Notes: a model not told the origin generated them from the letters alone. DNA of 64,000 bases from Nitrosopumilus sp. (GCA_963662625.1 OY759726.1:960001-1024000), one strand, 5' to 3'; counted from the stretch's first letter, positions 10,047-20,094 are shown. A program made the numbers and translations.

Positions 10047-11755
10047 CGCTGGCCATCCCTAGGAGCAGGTACGTGGATCTCTTCGGCCCGACCGCGGGCG
10101 ACCGGGTGAGGCTCGGAGACACAGACCTGATCGTCGAGGTAGAAAGGGACCTGATCAAGTACGGCGACGAGACCGTCTTCGGCGGCGGAAAGAGCGCCCG
10201 GGACGGCATGGGCCAGGCAAGCGGCGTCACCAGGGAGGGATCGCTGGATCTGGTGATAACAAACGCGATAATCATGGATCCCGTGCTGGGGATAGTAAAG
10301 GGCGACATCGGGATCAAGGACGGAAGGATAGCCGGGATCGGCAATTCGGGCAACCCCAACATCATGGACGGCGTCGACCTGGTCATCTCGTCCAACACCG
10401 AGATCATCGCGGGGGAGCACACCATCTGCACCCCGGGGACCATAGACACCCACATCCATTTCATCTCCCCGCAGCAGGCCGTCGAGGCGATCTGCAACGG
10501 GACGACCACCATGATCGGGGGCGGCACCGGGCCGGCCGACGGGACAAACGCGACGACCTGCACGCCCGGGGCCTGGAACATCCACAGGATGATCGAGGCG
10601 GCCGAGGAGTTCCCCCTCAACTTTGGCTTCCTGTGCAAGGGAAACGATTCCCTGGAACCGGCCCTGCTGGAACAGGTCGAGGCGGGCGCATGCGGCCTGA
10701 AACTGCACGAGGACTGGGGATCCACCCCCGCGGCGATCGACTCTGCCCTGCGCGTGGCCGAAAAGACCGACACCCAGGTGGCAATCCACACCGACACGCT
10801 GAACGAGTGCGGCTTTGTAGACGACACGATCGAGGCGATCGCCGGCAGGACCATACACACCTACCACACGGAGGGCGCGGGCGGCGGGCACGCGCCGGAC
10901 ATCATGAAGGTGGTCGCAGAGAGCAACGTGCTCCCGTCCTCCACGAACCCCACCAGGCCGTTCACGGTAAACACCCTGGCAGAGCACCTTGACATGATGA
11001 TGGTGTGCCACCACCTCAACCCTTCGGTGCCCGAGGACGTATCGTTTGCCGAATCGAGGATCCGGGGCGAAACCATAGCGGCAGAGGACGTCCTGCATGA
11101 CATCGGCGCCATAAGCATGATGTCCTCTGACAGCCAGGCCATGGGGCGCGTGGGCGAGGTCACGACCAGAAACTGGCAGACTGCCGACAAAATGAAGAAG
11201 ATGACCGGGGCTCTGCCCGGGGAGGCCGGCAGCAACGACAACCTGAGGGTCAAGCGGTACCTGGCAAAAATCACCATAAACCCGGCGATAACCCACGGGA
11301 TATCGGAGTATGTCGGGTCCATGGAGCCCGGAAAACTTGCGGACATCGTGGTCTGGACCCCGCAGTTCTTCGGCATAAGGCCCAAGCTCGTCATCAAGGG
11401 CGGGCTCATCGCGTATTCCCTGATGGGCGATCCAAACGCGTCTATACCCACCACGGAGCCCGTATACTACAGGCCGATGTTTGGCGCGATGGGAAACGCA
11501 AAACACTCCACCTCCCTGACGTTTACCTCGGGGCTGGCACTCGAGAAGGGCCTGGAGTCCGCGCTGAACGTAAGGAAGAGGCTGGTCCCGGTCAAGGGCT
11601 GCCGCACCATAGGCAAGAAGGACATGGTGCACAACGACCTGATGCCAAACGTGGAGATCAACCCCGAGACGTACGAGGTGCGGGTCGACGGAAACACGGC
11701 AACCGTAAACCCGTCAGACAGGCTTTCGCTCTCCAGGCTCTACAGCCTGTACTGA
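10043..11755 (+). CDS. ureC: Urease alpha (catalytic) subunit
   Basis: [54 protein letters not shown]. Confidence 0.98.
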   Translation: MTLAIPRSRYVDLFGPTAGDRVRLGDTDLIVEVERDLIKYGDETVFGGGKSARDGMGQASGVTREGSLDLVITNAIIMDPVLGIVKGDIGIKDGRIAGIGNSGNPNIMDGVDLVISSNTEIIAGEHTICTPGTIDTHIHFISPQQAVEAICNGTTTMIGGGTGPADGTNATTCTPGAWNIHRMIEAAEEFPLNFGFLCKGNDSLEPALLEQVEAGACGLKLHEDWGSTPAAIDSALRVAEKTDTQVAIHTDTLNECGFVDDTIEAIAGRTIHTYHTEGAGGGHAPDIMKVVAESNVLPSSTNPTRPFTVNTLAEHLDMMMVCHHLNPSVPEDVSFAESRIRGETIAAEDVLHDIGAISMMSSDSQAMGRVGEVTTRNWQTADKMKKMTGALPGEAGSNDNLRVKRYLAKITINPAITHGISEYVGSMEPGKLADIVVWTPQFFGIRPKLVIKGGLIAYSLMGDPNASIPTTEPVYYRPMFGAMGNAKHSTSLTFTSGLALEKGLESALNVRKRLVPVKGCRTIGKKDMVHNDLMPNVEINPETYEVRVDGNTATVNPSDRLSLSRLYSLY

Positions 11756-11853
11756 CCGCCTCTAGTCGACATCGACTATTCCGCGGCCGGCGCCTGGTAT
11801 ATAAAGAAAATAACACCTTGAACTGCTAAGTAATCCGGGCCCAGCTTACCTTC

Positions 11854-13842
11854 GTGAATCGCGGATTCGTCGCCATCATCCCGATCTTGGTCATTGTTGC
11901 CGTTGCCGGTTCTCCCCAGGCCGTCTTCGGCGCCGGCGCCATCTCAGAAGGCTTTACCATAGGTGATGTGCTTGACGAGCAGTGGGGCTGGTTCATAGTA
12001 GTCGGACTCGGAGCCGTCTTTGCCATCGTAATCACCCTTGAGACCAAGGTTGAGGAGAAATATCTGGGCGTCTCCCAAACTTCCGAGTGGTTCAACACCG
12101 CAGGAAGGGTCATCAAGACGGGCCTGACTGCCGCGGCAATCGTCTCGGCATGGACGTGGGCCGCAACCCTGCTGCAGTCCTCCACCGTGGCGTACCAGTA
12201 CGGGATAAGCGGACCGTTCTGGTACGCGGCTGGAGCGTCCATCCAGGTGCTGCTGTTCGGGATACTGGCCATAGAGCTCAAGAGAAAGGCCCCAAACGCG
12301 CACACGTTCCTAGAAATCATACGAGCAAGATACGGTGACGGCGCCCACCGCGTCTTCTTGGTTTTTGCGCTGATGACCAACATGATCGTGACTGCCATGC
12401 TCCTCCTGGGAGGGGCGGCGGTTGTCAACGGGCTGACCGGAATGGACATCTCCCTTGCGGCGTTCCTCATACCGATAGGCGTGATGATATACACCCTCGT
12501 CGGGGGGCTGAAGGCCACGTTCGTCGCCGACTATATGCACACCATAATAATCTTCATAGTGATCCTGACGTTCGTGGCCACGGTCTACTTTGTAAGCCCG
12601 GTCACGGGGGGGATCGAGGGGATGTTTGACAAGCTCACGGAGGCCGCCAGGCTCAACCCCGTCGAAGGAAACGCGATGGGCGCGTACCTGACCATGGCCT
12701 CCCTCGGAGGCCTCATATTCGGCATAATCAACATCGTCGGGAACTTTGGAACGGTGTTCGTAGACCAGGCGTACTGGCAGAGGGCCATAGCGGCCCAGCC
12801 CACCTCCACCGTCAAAGGCTTCCTGCTGGGCGGCGCGTGCTGGTTCGCGATCCCCTTCACGCTGGCCACCACCATGGGGCTCACCGCGGTGGCGCTTGGC
12901 GTTGACCTGACCCCGGAGCAGGTCCAGCTGGGGCTGACCGTGCCGGCGGCGGCGTCGGTCCTCATGGGCGAGGTGGGCGCGGTGATGGTGCTTACCATGC
13001 TTTTCATGGCGGTGACTTCTGCAGGATCGGCCGAACTGATCGCGGTGTCGTCGCTTATAACGTATGACGTGTACCGGACGTACAAGAACCCGCAGGCGTC
13101 AGGCAAGAAGCTGCTGAAGGTCTCCAGGGCGACCATCGTAGGGTTTGGAATAGGGATGGGCGGCCTGGCCGTGGTGCTGTTGAGCATGGGGCTGAGCCTG
13201 GGATTCGTCTACCTGGCGATGGGGGTCCTCATCGGATCGGCGGTAATCCCCATAGCCCTGACCATAACGTGGAAGCGGACCAACAAGTACGCCGCCACGA
13301 TCGGCGCCATAGCCGGGCTGTTCGTCGCGCTGGGAACGTGGGTGGGAGTCGCCGCCTCCCTGCCCGAGCACGGCGGGGTGGTCTCCCTTGCGAGCCTCGG
13401 GAACAACTATTCCATGCTGTTTGGCAACATCGCAGGAATCCTCACGGGCGGCGCCATAGCCGGACTGGGAAGCCTGGCTACGAGGACCAAGTTTGACTGG
13501 GAGGAGATGAAACAAAAGATCAAGCTCGTCGACCTGAGCGAGGAGGACGCGCGCAAGCTCGACGCCGACGAGGCCACCCTCAAGAAGGCCTTCAGGTTCA
13601 GCCTCAAGGGCGGCGGCCTGATGACGCTCGTCCTGATAATAGCGTGGCCCATGCCGCTGTTCTTTGCAGGATACGTGTTTGACATCAACTTCTACTCGCT
13701 GTGGGTGGGGATATCCATAGTGTGGGTGAGCGCCGCGACGTTCTTCATCGTGGGCCTGCCGATAATCGAGGCAAGGCACGGGATTGCCAAAGTCGTGCGG
13801 GGCAACGCGCCGGAGCAGGATTCCGGAGGGGACGCCAAATGA
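11854..13842 (+). CDS. Second Dur3-type urea:sodium symporter (SSS family)
   Basis: Same Dur3 motifs SAWTWAATLLQSS and GNFGTVFVDQAYWQRAIAA; extra hydrophobic N-terminus; start codon uncertain. Confidence 0.9.
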   Translation: MNRGFVAIIPILVIVAVAGSPQAVFGAGAISEGFTIGDVLDEQWGWFIVVGLGAVFAIVITLETKVEEKYLGVSQTSEWFNTAGRVIKTGLTAAAIVSAWTWAATLLQSSTVAYQYGISGPFWYAAGASIQVLLFGILAIELKRKAPNAHTFLEIIRARYGDGAHRVFLVFALMTNMIVTAMLLLGGAAVVNGLTGMDISLAAFLIPIGVMIYTLVGGLKATFVADYMHTIIIFIVILTFVATVYFVSPVTGGIEGMFDKLTEAARLNPVEGNAMGAYLTMASLGGLIFGIINIVGNFGTVFVDQAYWQRAIAAQPTSTVKGFLLGGACWFAIPFTLATTMGLTAVALGVDLTPEQVQLGLTVPAAASVLMGEVGAVMVLTMLFMAVTSAGSAELIAVSSLITYDVYRTYKNPQASGKKLLKVSRATIVGFGIGMGGLAVVLLSMGLSLGFVYLAMGVLIGSAVIPIALTITWKRTNKYAATIGAIAGLFVALGTWVGVAASLPEHGGVVSLASLGNNYSMLFGNIAGILTGGAIAGLGSLATRTKFDWEEMKQKIKLVDLSEEDARKLDADEATLKKAFRFSLKGGGLMTLVLIIAWPMPLFFAGYVFDINFYSLWVGISIVWVSAATFFIVGLPIIEARHGIAKVVRGNAPEQDSGGDAK

Positions 13843-14360
13843 CCCACTGCAGCGGGTGCGGAATAACGCTGGGCTGGAAAAAGTACAAGTTCCAGAGGAT
13901 GTGGCGCATTCCGGGGTACTACTGCAAGCCGTGCATGCTGGATCTCGGACAGGACTTTGACAAGTACGGGAGAATCACGTTGCCCACTAGAAAGTGCGAC
14001 CTCTGCGACGTCGACTATTACTTCCTAAAGCCGTACAACAGGGGCCCCAAACACCGCAACTACTGCCACGTGTGCCACGAGGCCGCAACCAACGGCGTCA
14101 TACCAACCTCCAAGGACCTGCCGCAGCCGCCCAAGAAACTCCCGCTCGTCATGATGATCTTCGCCGGCCTCGGGGGCTTCATGATGCTCGCGGGGCTGGC
14201 ATTCACGATGATGTCCACGGGGAGCGACGCCAGCATCACGAACATCCTGTTTGGCGCGATAACCACGGCCCTCGGGTTCGTCCTGATCAGAAAGACGCTG
14301 AAATCCCGCTCCATGCTGCTGGGAAAAAAAAACGTGGCGCCGACTGAAGCCGCGAGGTAG
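13839..14360 (+). CDS. Double Zn-finger membrane protein (4 CxxC pairs, 2 C-terminal TM helices)
   Basis: ATG 13839 overlaps transporter stop (ATGA); CSGC, CKPC, CDLC, CHVC, then two hydrophobic stretches. Confidence 0.75.
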   Translation: MTHCSGCGITLGWKKYKFQRMWRIPGYYCKPCMLDLGQDFDKYGRITLPTRKCDLCDVDYYFLKPYNRGPKHRNYCHVCHEAATNGVIPTSKDLPQPPKKLPLVMMIFAGLGGFMMLAGLAFTMMSTGSDASITNILFGAITTALGFVLIRKTLKSRSMLLGKKNVAPTEAAR

Positions 14361-14373
14361 CCGGGGGGCCCGG

Positions 14374-15129
14374 TCACCGCCCGCCGCCGTGATCCTGCCG
14401 GCCCGCGCCATCTGCGGGCGGGTTCAGGTACTTTACGCCCTGCCCGCCATCGATCTGGTAGCCTGCCCCCCGCCAGAAGCCCTCGTTCTGGACGTCCCTG
14501 ACCCACAGCTTGACAAACCCGTTGCGCCCCAGCTCCCCCTCCATGTGCCCCAGGAGAATCCCTGCTCTCCCCTGCCCCTCCCTTGAAACCTGTATGGAGA
14601 CCACGGTGGGCTCGTACTCGCCCATCTCCGGGTTGAAGTAGTCCACCAGCGCCCTTCCTATGAGGGACTCGCCCTCGTACAGCAAAAAAACCGAGAGGGG
14701 GACCCCCCGGTCCGGCGACTCCACGATCCCGGACGCCGTCCTCACGGACACCCGCCCGGACACGACCTCCTCCTTCTCGACGTGCGGCACCCTGCCGACA
14801 ATGTGTCGAAAGTACCCGAAACTGTCCCTTAAAATCCCGGCAATGTCGTCGCACAGCTGCAGGGACGCGTTTGCCACCAGCCACACGTAGTGCGAGTCTA
14901 TGGTGCCAGCCCTCCGCCCCCCGCTGAAGATCATCGCGCTCAGCACCGTCCCGTCCTTGAGCGAGGACCTGACGGCGTACCCCCTCTCCTTGAGCGACTC
15001 TGCCAGCGAGTTTAGCACCTGGTCGGAGTACTGCGAGTGCACCGAAAATATCATGGTTGCCACCCCGGGGTCGACCAGCATCTCGTCGCGCGAAAAGACT
15101 CTCCCGTCCACCAGGAACCTCGGCTCCAC
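14374..15129 (-). CDS. Hypothetical protein with C-terminal GNAT-like acetyltransferase domain
   Basis: IQVSREGQGRAGILL (motif A-like) and NEGFWRGAGY (motif B-like). Confidence 0.55.
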   Translation of the reverse strand: MEPRFLVDGRVFSRDEMLVDPGVATMIFSVHSQYSDQVLNSLAESLKERGYAVRSSLKDGTVLSAMIFSGGRRAGTIDSHYVWLVANASLQLCDDIAGILRDSFGYFRHIVGRVPHVEKEEVVSGRVSVRTASGIVESPDRGVPLSVFLLYEGESLIGRALVDYFNPEMGEYEPTVVSIQVSREGQGRAGILLGHMEGELGRNGFVKLWVRDVQNEGFWRGAGYQIDGGQGVKYLNPPADGAGRQDHGGGR

Positions 15130-15169
15130 AGCACGGCTGTGGGCCGGGCGGCATAAAACGGTATTGGGC

Positions 15170-15919
15170 TCACAGGAAGCCGGGGAAGCCGGGAACGACG
15201 ATGCCGGCGATTACGTCCAGCCCTATGGCCCCGGTGACGGCGCCGGCCAGAACCCGCACCCACTTCCCCATCCCCGCAAACCTGCCCGAAATGAGGAACG
15301 TGGAGGACAGCGCCCCGGCCACCGCCATCATGCCGATCACCGAGCCCAGCCCGAACACCAGGACGAACGCCAGCACCTCCGAGATGTCGCTCAGCGCCAC
15401 CACGCCCACCGCGATCAGGCTCCCGCTCCCGGCCAGGCCGTTGAGGCACCCTATTAGGTAGGACTTGTGGGTGTGCGAGTGGCCCCTGCCGTGCTCGTGC
15501 GGGTGCGTGTGGACGATGCCGCCCTCGTGCGCGTGGGGATGCTCGTGTCGCACCCGGAATGCCTTCCTTCTGCCGCACATGGATATTCCCAGGGCGACCA
15601 GCACCGCCCCGACCGCAATCTCAAGCCCGTCAAACGCCATGGCCGGGATGCCCAGCGCAAACACGAACACCAGGGCGCTGACGAGGAGGATCGTGGACAT
15701 GTGGCCAAACCCCCAGAACGCGCCCAAGAGGGAGTTCCTGAGGGCCGCCGCCCAGGTTCCCCCGAAGGGCCCGGCCGGATCTTTCTTCCCGCCGCCCCGC
15801 ACCTGCGTCAGCATGGCAGCCACGTGATCCGGCTCGAAGGCATGCAGCAAGCCCACCAAAAACCCCGCAGACAGCAGCAGGCCGCCTCCCAGCTGCGCGA
15901 GCGACTCCCCCACTACCAT
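15170..15919 (-). CDS. UreH/NiCoT-type nickel transporter
   Basis: GLLHAFEPDHVAA, WGFGH, His-rich loop HEHPHAHEGGIVHTHPHEHGRGHSHTH, GLAGSG; ATG 15919. Confidence 0.85.
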   Translation of the reverse strand: MVVGESLAQLGGGLLLSAGFLVGLLHAFEPDHVAAMLTQVRGGGKKDPAGPFGGTWAAALRNSLLGAFWGFGHMSTILLVSALVFVFALGIPAMAFDGLEIAVGAVLVALGISMCGRRKAFRVRHEHPHAHEGGIVHTHPHEHGRGHSHTHKSYLIGCLNGLAGSGSLIAVGVVALSDISEVLAFVLVFGLGSVIGMMAVAGALSSTFLISGRFAGMGKWVRVLAGAVTGAIGLDVIAGIVVPGFPGFL

Positions 15920-16308
15920 GCGCCGCCTCCGTCCAGCGGGCTTTCGCCGTGGGTGGCAGGTATGGGGCGGCTCAGGGAGACGGTGAACCTCTCGCCTGCC
16001 ATGACAACCTCGAAGTCCAGCCCCTGCAGCATCTCCGGGACCCCGATCATGACCTGCCCGGGCGACAGGATCGACGCCGCCTCCCTCCCGATCCGCCCCC
16101 CGTCCTTTCCCTCCCTGAGCGACGAGACGACGAACGCAGAGAACAGCAGCAGCGCGTCGTTGACGTTGATCCTCTGCCGCCGGCCCAGCATGCATCCCAC
16201 CCTATCGCAGGCCGCAAGGAAGGCCGCGTCGTCGGGCCCGTCGAACTGGAAGTTCTTCGTGTACGGCATGACGTCGGGCTCGCCCCTGACGGTGATCGTG
16301 ATCCGCAT
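15913..16308 (-). CDS. Divergent urease gamma-subunit-like protein (131 aa)
   Basis: RINVNDALLLFSAFVVSSLREGK...ILSPGQVMIGVPEML...TVSLSRPI aligns by eye with Ure[24 protein letters not shown]...[15 protein letters not shown]...LVTVHDPI; ATG overlaps the upstream stop (TGATG). Confidence 0.75.
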   Translation of the reverse strand: MRITITVRGEPDVMPYTKNFQFDGPDDAAFLAACDRVGCMLGRRQRINVNDALLLFSAFVVSSLREGKDGGRIGREAASILSPGQVMIGVPEMLQGLDFEVVMAGERFTVSLSRPIPATHGESPLDGGGAW

Positions 16309-17423
16309 CAGTCTCTCTTTGGGATTTCCGCCCTCGGGCCGCCGAAACTGTACGTGTGCCCGGTGCCCCTGTAGTCGTGCGGCCTGACCGGGCTCCCGCC
16401 GTCCAGCCCCCGTTTCGTGAGGGACAGCCCCGCCAGCAGCTCCACGACGAGCCTTTGCCCCAGCCCCGACGTTATGCCCCCGTTGTACGAGCTGTTGTCG
16501 CTTACGTCGTAAGCCGGAGAAACCTCGACGAGGTCCATCGCGAACCTGTCCGGGTCGAACGACTTGGACAGCAGCCGGATCATCCTGATTCCCTCCCTGG
16601 AAGTGAGGCCGTTGGGCTCCGGCTCCCCGGTACCGGGCGCGTATGCCGGGTCGAAGGAGTCTATGTCCCAGCTCAGGTACACCGCGTCGGTGCCGTCGTT
16701 TGCCCTGTCCGCGATCTCCTTTGCGATGTAGTCGATCCCCAGCTCCTCCACGTCCAGCATGGTGAACCACTGGAAGTCCTGGTCTGCCATCCACTTGTAC
16801 AGGTCCGGCCCGGGCCAGTACCCCCTAGGCCCCACGAGGGAGTAGTTCTTCCCCTTCAGGCAGCCCATCTCCATTATCCGCCGGATGTGCGCCCCGTGGT
16901 CGTACTTGTAGCCGGTCAGGCCCTGCGGGGCGCAGTCCGCGTGGGTGTCGAAATGGATCATCCCTATGTTCTTGTATTTCTTGGCAAAAGCCCGCACGTT
17001 GGCGTACGTGATGGAGTGGTCGCCCCCCAGCATGACCGGGATCCCGTCCTGCTCGAGGACCTCCTTGACCTTCACCGTCATCCTCTTGTGCGACTCTATC
17101 ACGTCCCCGGGGGATACCTGCACGTCCCCGTAGTCCACCGTCTTGAATGTGCCAAACGGGTCTGCCCCCGTCTCTATGTTGAACCTCTCGTACGGGGGGG
17201 ACGGGATGGTGGATGCCGCCCTGATCGCGCGCGGCCCGTACCTTGCGCCGGGGCGGATCGTGGTCCCAAAGTCGAACGGCTCTCCGATTATCGCAACGTC
17301 GGGCTTGACCTCCTTGAGTTCCTCGCTAGACTTTACCCAGGGAAGGTGGAGAAAGGTGTTGATTCCGACAAATGGCGCCACGTCGGCACCCCTGTAGTCG
17401 TCGCCGTAGAACTCCATCCCCAT
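16308..17423 (-). CDS. Ureohydrolase (agmatinase/guanidinase family), substrate unknown
   Basis: RPGARYGPRAIR, GGDHS, DTHAD, DID, APGTG, VEVSP binuclear metal-site motifs. Confidence 0.92.
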   Translation of the reverse strand: MGMEFYGDDYRGADVAPFVGINTFLHLPWVKSSEELKEVKPDVAIIGEPFDFGTTIRPGARYGPRAIRAASTIPSPPYERFNIETGADPFGTFKTVDYGDVQVSPGDVIESHKRMTVKVKEVLEQDGIPVMLGGDHSITYANVRAFAKKYKNIGMIHFDTHADCAPQGLTGYKYDHGAHIRRIMEMGCLKGKNYSLVGPRGYWPGPDLYKWMADQDFQWFTMLDVEELGIDYIAKEIADRANDGTDAVYLSWDIDSFDPAYAPGTGEPEPNGLTSREGIRMIRLLSKSFDPDRFAMDLVEVSPAYDVSDNSSYNGGITSGLGQRLVVELLAGLSLTKRGLDGGSPVRPHDYRGTGHTYSFGGPRAEIPKRD

Positions 17424-17468
17424 GATGATCCAGCGTTTCTACCAGATTTCTATAAATAAACATTCTAG

Positions 17469-17481
17469 GTAAAGTACGTTT
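17469..17481 (-). promoter_or_regulatory. Putative operator AAACGTACTTTAC upstream of the ureohydrolase TATA box
   Basis: Exact 13-bp copy also at 20038-20050 upstream of the SSS transporter; TTTATA at 17456-17451. Confidence 0.55.
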
Positions 17482-17543
17482 GGGGAGGGGGCCGGCCCGG
17501 GGAGACGATCTGATTATAAGCGGAATCCCCCGCATGCTACACT

Positions 17544-18767
17544 GTGTTTTCCAAGGCCAGGAACGAGTGGAGCATGATCAACAAGGGGCTGTACTGGGAG
17601 CGCTACGGCGAGTTCGGCAGGGCGGCCCGGTGTTTCGGCAAGGCGCTGAGGATAGACCCGCACAACGTCGTGGCAAACCTGCACATGGGAACGTCCCTGT
17701 ACCGCGCAAGCAGGTTCGCCGACGCGCTGGCGTGCTTTGACCGGATCCTCGCCGACGATCCAAAAAACATCGACGCCTCGCACAACAGGGGGCTCTGCCT
17801 GGAAAAGCTGGGCAGGTACCCGGAGGCCATCTCGTCCTTCCGCCGCGCGCTCGAGGCGGATCCCGGCTGCCTCGACTCAAAGACGTACATGGCGGCATGC
17901 GAGAGCGGCCTGGGCAGGCACGGCGACGCCATCGCCCTGCTGGACGACGTGCTGGGAAAGGATCCGAGGAACTCCGCGGCCCTGTACAACAAAAGCACGG
18001 TCCTCGGGCGAATGGGCAGGCAGTCCGAGTCCATATTCCACCTGAACCTGGCGCTGGGGGAGGACTCGAGGCAGTCGGGGATCTGCCATGGCAAGGGCAG
18101 GCTGCTCGCCTCCAGGGGGCGCCACGAGGAGGCGATAAAGTGGTACTCCAAGGCCCTCGAGTACGACCCAAAGAACCTGGACGCGCTGGTCGCGAAGGGC
18201 TGGACGCTGGATCTGGCCGGGTTTTCCCCAAAGGACGTCTTTGCGTTCTTTGACAGGGCGCTCGAGATCGACCCGGAGTTCACCGAAGCCTGGCTGAACA
18301 AGGGCTTCGTCCTGGACCGGACGGGGCTGTTCAAGAAGGCAGTCGGGTGCTTCGAGAGCGTCCTGGAATACGACCCCCGGAACGTCCGGGCGCTGTACAG
18401 CAAGGGGGTGTCGCTGTTCTCCCTCAAGCAGCACAGCGCGGCGATCTTTTTCTGCGGCGAGGCCATACGGCTCGATCCGTCCAACGTCAAGGCGCTGTGC
18501 AGCATGGTGTGGGTCCTGGAACACAAAAAAAACTACGCCGACGCCCTAAAGTACTGCGACAGGGCGCTCGAGATCGACCCGGACTACGCCTACGCGGTCA
18601 GCTACAGGGGAAAGATCCTGCTGTCCATGAAAAGGTATGACGAGGCCCTGGAATGCTACGACACGGCCCTGAAGCTGGATCCCAAAAACCAGACTGCGAT
18701 CTACCACAAGGAAAAGGTGCTGGAACAGATGAGGAAGAGGGACCGGGGGAGCCCCGCCAAAACCTGA
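17544..18767 (+). CDS. Tetratricopeptide repeat protein
   Basis: About ten 34-aa units with KG..L....Y.EA...F.RAL..DP pattern. Confidence 0.9.
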   Translation: MFSKARNEWSMINKGLYWERYGEFGRAARCFGKALRIDPHNVVANLHMGTSLYRASRFADALACFDRILADDPKNIDASHNRGLCLEKLGRYPEAISSFRRALEADPGCLDSKTYMAACESGLGRHGDAIALLDDVLGKDPRNSAALYNKSTVLGRMGRQSESIFHLNLALGEDSRQSGICHGKGRLLASRGRHEEAIKWYSKALEYDPKNLDALVAKGWTLDLAGFSPKDVFAFFDRALEIDPEFTEAWLNKGFVLDRTGLFKKAVGCFESVLEYDPRNVRALYSKGVSLFSLKQHSAAIFFCGEAIRLDPSNVKALCSMVWVLEHKKNYADALKYCDRALEIDPDYAYAVSYRGKILLSMKRYDEALECYDTALKLDPKNQTAIYHKEKVLEQMRKRDRGSPAKT

Positions 18768-18859
18768 TCCCAGCGGGAAATTCGTACTGTACGCCTGGGA
18801 CGGGCGGGGCCAAAGCCATGCTGCAAAATTCTTATATCGTACGACCTTTTGTTCCATCT

Positions 18860-19111
18860 ATGGTAAGGGTCTCGACGCCTGAGGACATAAGGAGGGAATC
18901 CATGCGGGTGGTCAGCTCGCTGTACGGCGAGGTGTCGGACTTCCGCGTCAACGAAACATTCCAGATGCCCGAGAAGGGGCCGAGAGAGGCGTGGGACGTC
19001 CAGGTAAACTTCATGCTGAACGGCCTCAAGTACACGGTGGATCTTGAGATACAGGAAAGCGACGGCCAGGTGACCAACGCGCGGCTGATAGACACCATGA
19101 CCCCGCTCTAG
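18860..19111 (+). CDS. Hypothetical protein (83 aa)
   Basis: ATG 18860 about 30 nt after a TTATAT box; host-like codon usage. Confidence 0.65.
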   Translation: MVRVSTPEDIRRESMRVVSSLYGEVSDFRVNETFQMPEKGPREAWDVQVNFMLNGLKYTVDLEIQESDGQVTNARLIDTMTPL

Positions 19112-19130
19112 TCCCGGGGCCGCCGCGCTC

Positions 19131-19652
19131 CTAGACTGTCAGCAGCTCCCTTGCGGCCTTGATCTTTTGGAGCAGCTCGTTGATGTAATGGTCGGCAAAC
19201 CTCTCAAACGGCACCCGTCCCGCGCCGTTTTTCGAGCGCCGGCAGTGCTTCTGGTACTCTTTTTGGAGCCAGCCAAAATCCGACTCCTTGAGCCTGATGA
19301 CGTTTTGCTGCGAGTCAAACTTGGACTCGAAGAGGTTCGCAAGGAAGTAAGCCACGAAATGGGCAAAAGCGCTGATCCGGTACTTCGCCCTGTACTCCTC
19401 GCCCAGCCTGCGGTGGTTTTCCTCGAGCCACCCCTTCACGTCGGAACGGACGGTGAGCGTGCTGTACCTTCCGGCCAGGTCCACGGTGGTCCTGCGGGAT
19501 TCCACCGTGTATCTCCCCAGCTGCACCTCGTTCATCAGAATTATCAGCGTGCTCGGCAGGAACATGCCCGGGTAGAACGTGTCCGTCACGCTCTCCAAGC
19601 GCGCCAAGACGCTTGGCTTCAGGCCAATGGTGGAATAGCCTTTGCCGGGCAT
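19131..19652 (-). CDS. Hypothetical protein, possibly two ribbon-helix-helix-like repeats
   Basis: Internal repeat GYSTIGLK / RYSTLTVR; TATA-like box upstream. Confidence 0.65.
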   Translation of the reverse strand: MPGKGYSTIGLKPSVLARLESVTDTFYPGMFLPSTLIILMNEVQLGRYTVESRRTTVDLAGRYSTLTVRSDVKGWLEENHRRLGEEYRAKYRISAFAHFVAYFLANLFESKFDSQQNVIRLKESDFGWLQKEYQKHCRRSKNGAGRVPFERFADHYINELLQKIKAARELLTV

Positions 19653-19701
19653 GGTTTGCTAGTGCCGCTATGGGTTATATCGTTTGTGAAAGGGAGCGGG
19701 A

Positions 19702-19866
19702 TCATTTTTTCAGATCCTTGATTATCCTGAACACTATCCACACCGCCGCAATCACGATGGTGCCCACCCCCAGCCCGCTGAGAAAGGGATCGCCGCCCTG
19801 CTCCACGTGGATCAGCCCGAAACCCAAGATTATCAGGATTACCGCGAGCGCGAACTGCTTGTCCAT
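19702..19866 (-). CDS. Small two-TM membrane protein (54 aa; not in ORF track)
   Basis: MDKQFALAVILIILGFGLIHVEQGGDPFLSGLGVGTIVIAAVWIVFRIIKDLKK. Confidence 0.7.
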   Translation of the reverse strand: MDKQFALAVILIILGFGLIHVEQGGDPFLSGLGVGTIVIAAVWIVFRIIKDLKK

Positions 19867-20037
19867 GGACTCCGATCAGGAATTCAGGTTAAAAGTCTGC
19901 CAGGCGCCCCGGGTTCCGGATCGCGCCCCCCGCCGGGCCGGAGATCTGGCGGCCTTGGTGTAATGTTTTGGATTTTTGGCGGCCATTCTTGTAAAAATCC
20001 ATATAACCTGTACTATACGCATTATTTTTTATTCATA

Positions 20038-20073
20038 AAACGTACTTTACTTAAAAATTTCAATATTTAAATA
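20038..20073 (+). promoter_or_regulatory. Promoter of the SSS transporter carrying two shared motifs and a TATA box
   Basis: AAACGTACTTTAC (20038-20050), TACTTAAAAATTTCAA (20048-20063), TTTAAATA (20066-20073). Confidence 0.55.
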
Positions 20074-20094
20074 ATTTTTTGCCCAAGCTTACCT

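Noticed and set aside
17424-17543. Guanidine riboswitch upstream of the ureohydrolase
   Set aside because: The TATA box is only about 30 nt from the ATG, leaving no room; no ykkC or paired ACGR-hairpin pattern seen.
17544-18767. TPR protein as part of the ureohydrolase system
   Set aside because: TPR genes are abundant and scattered in this lineage; only its divergent position links it, which is insufficient.
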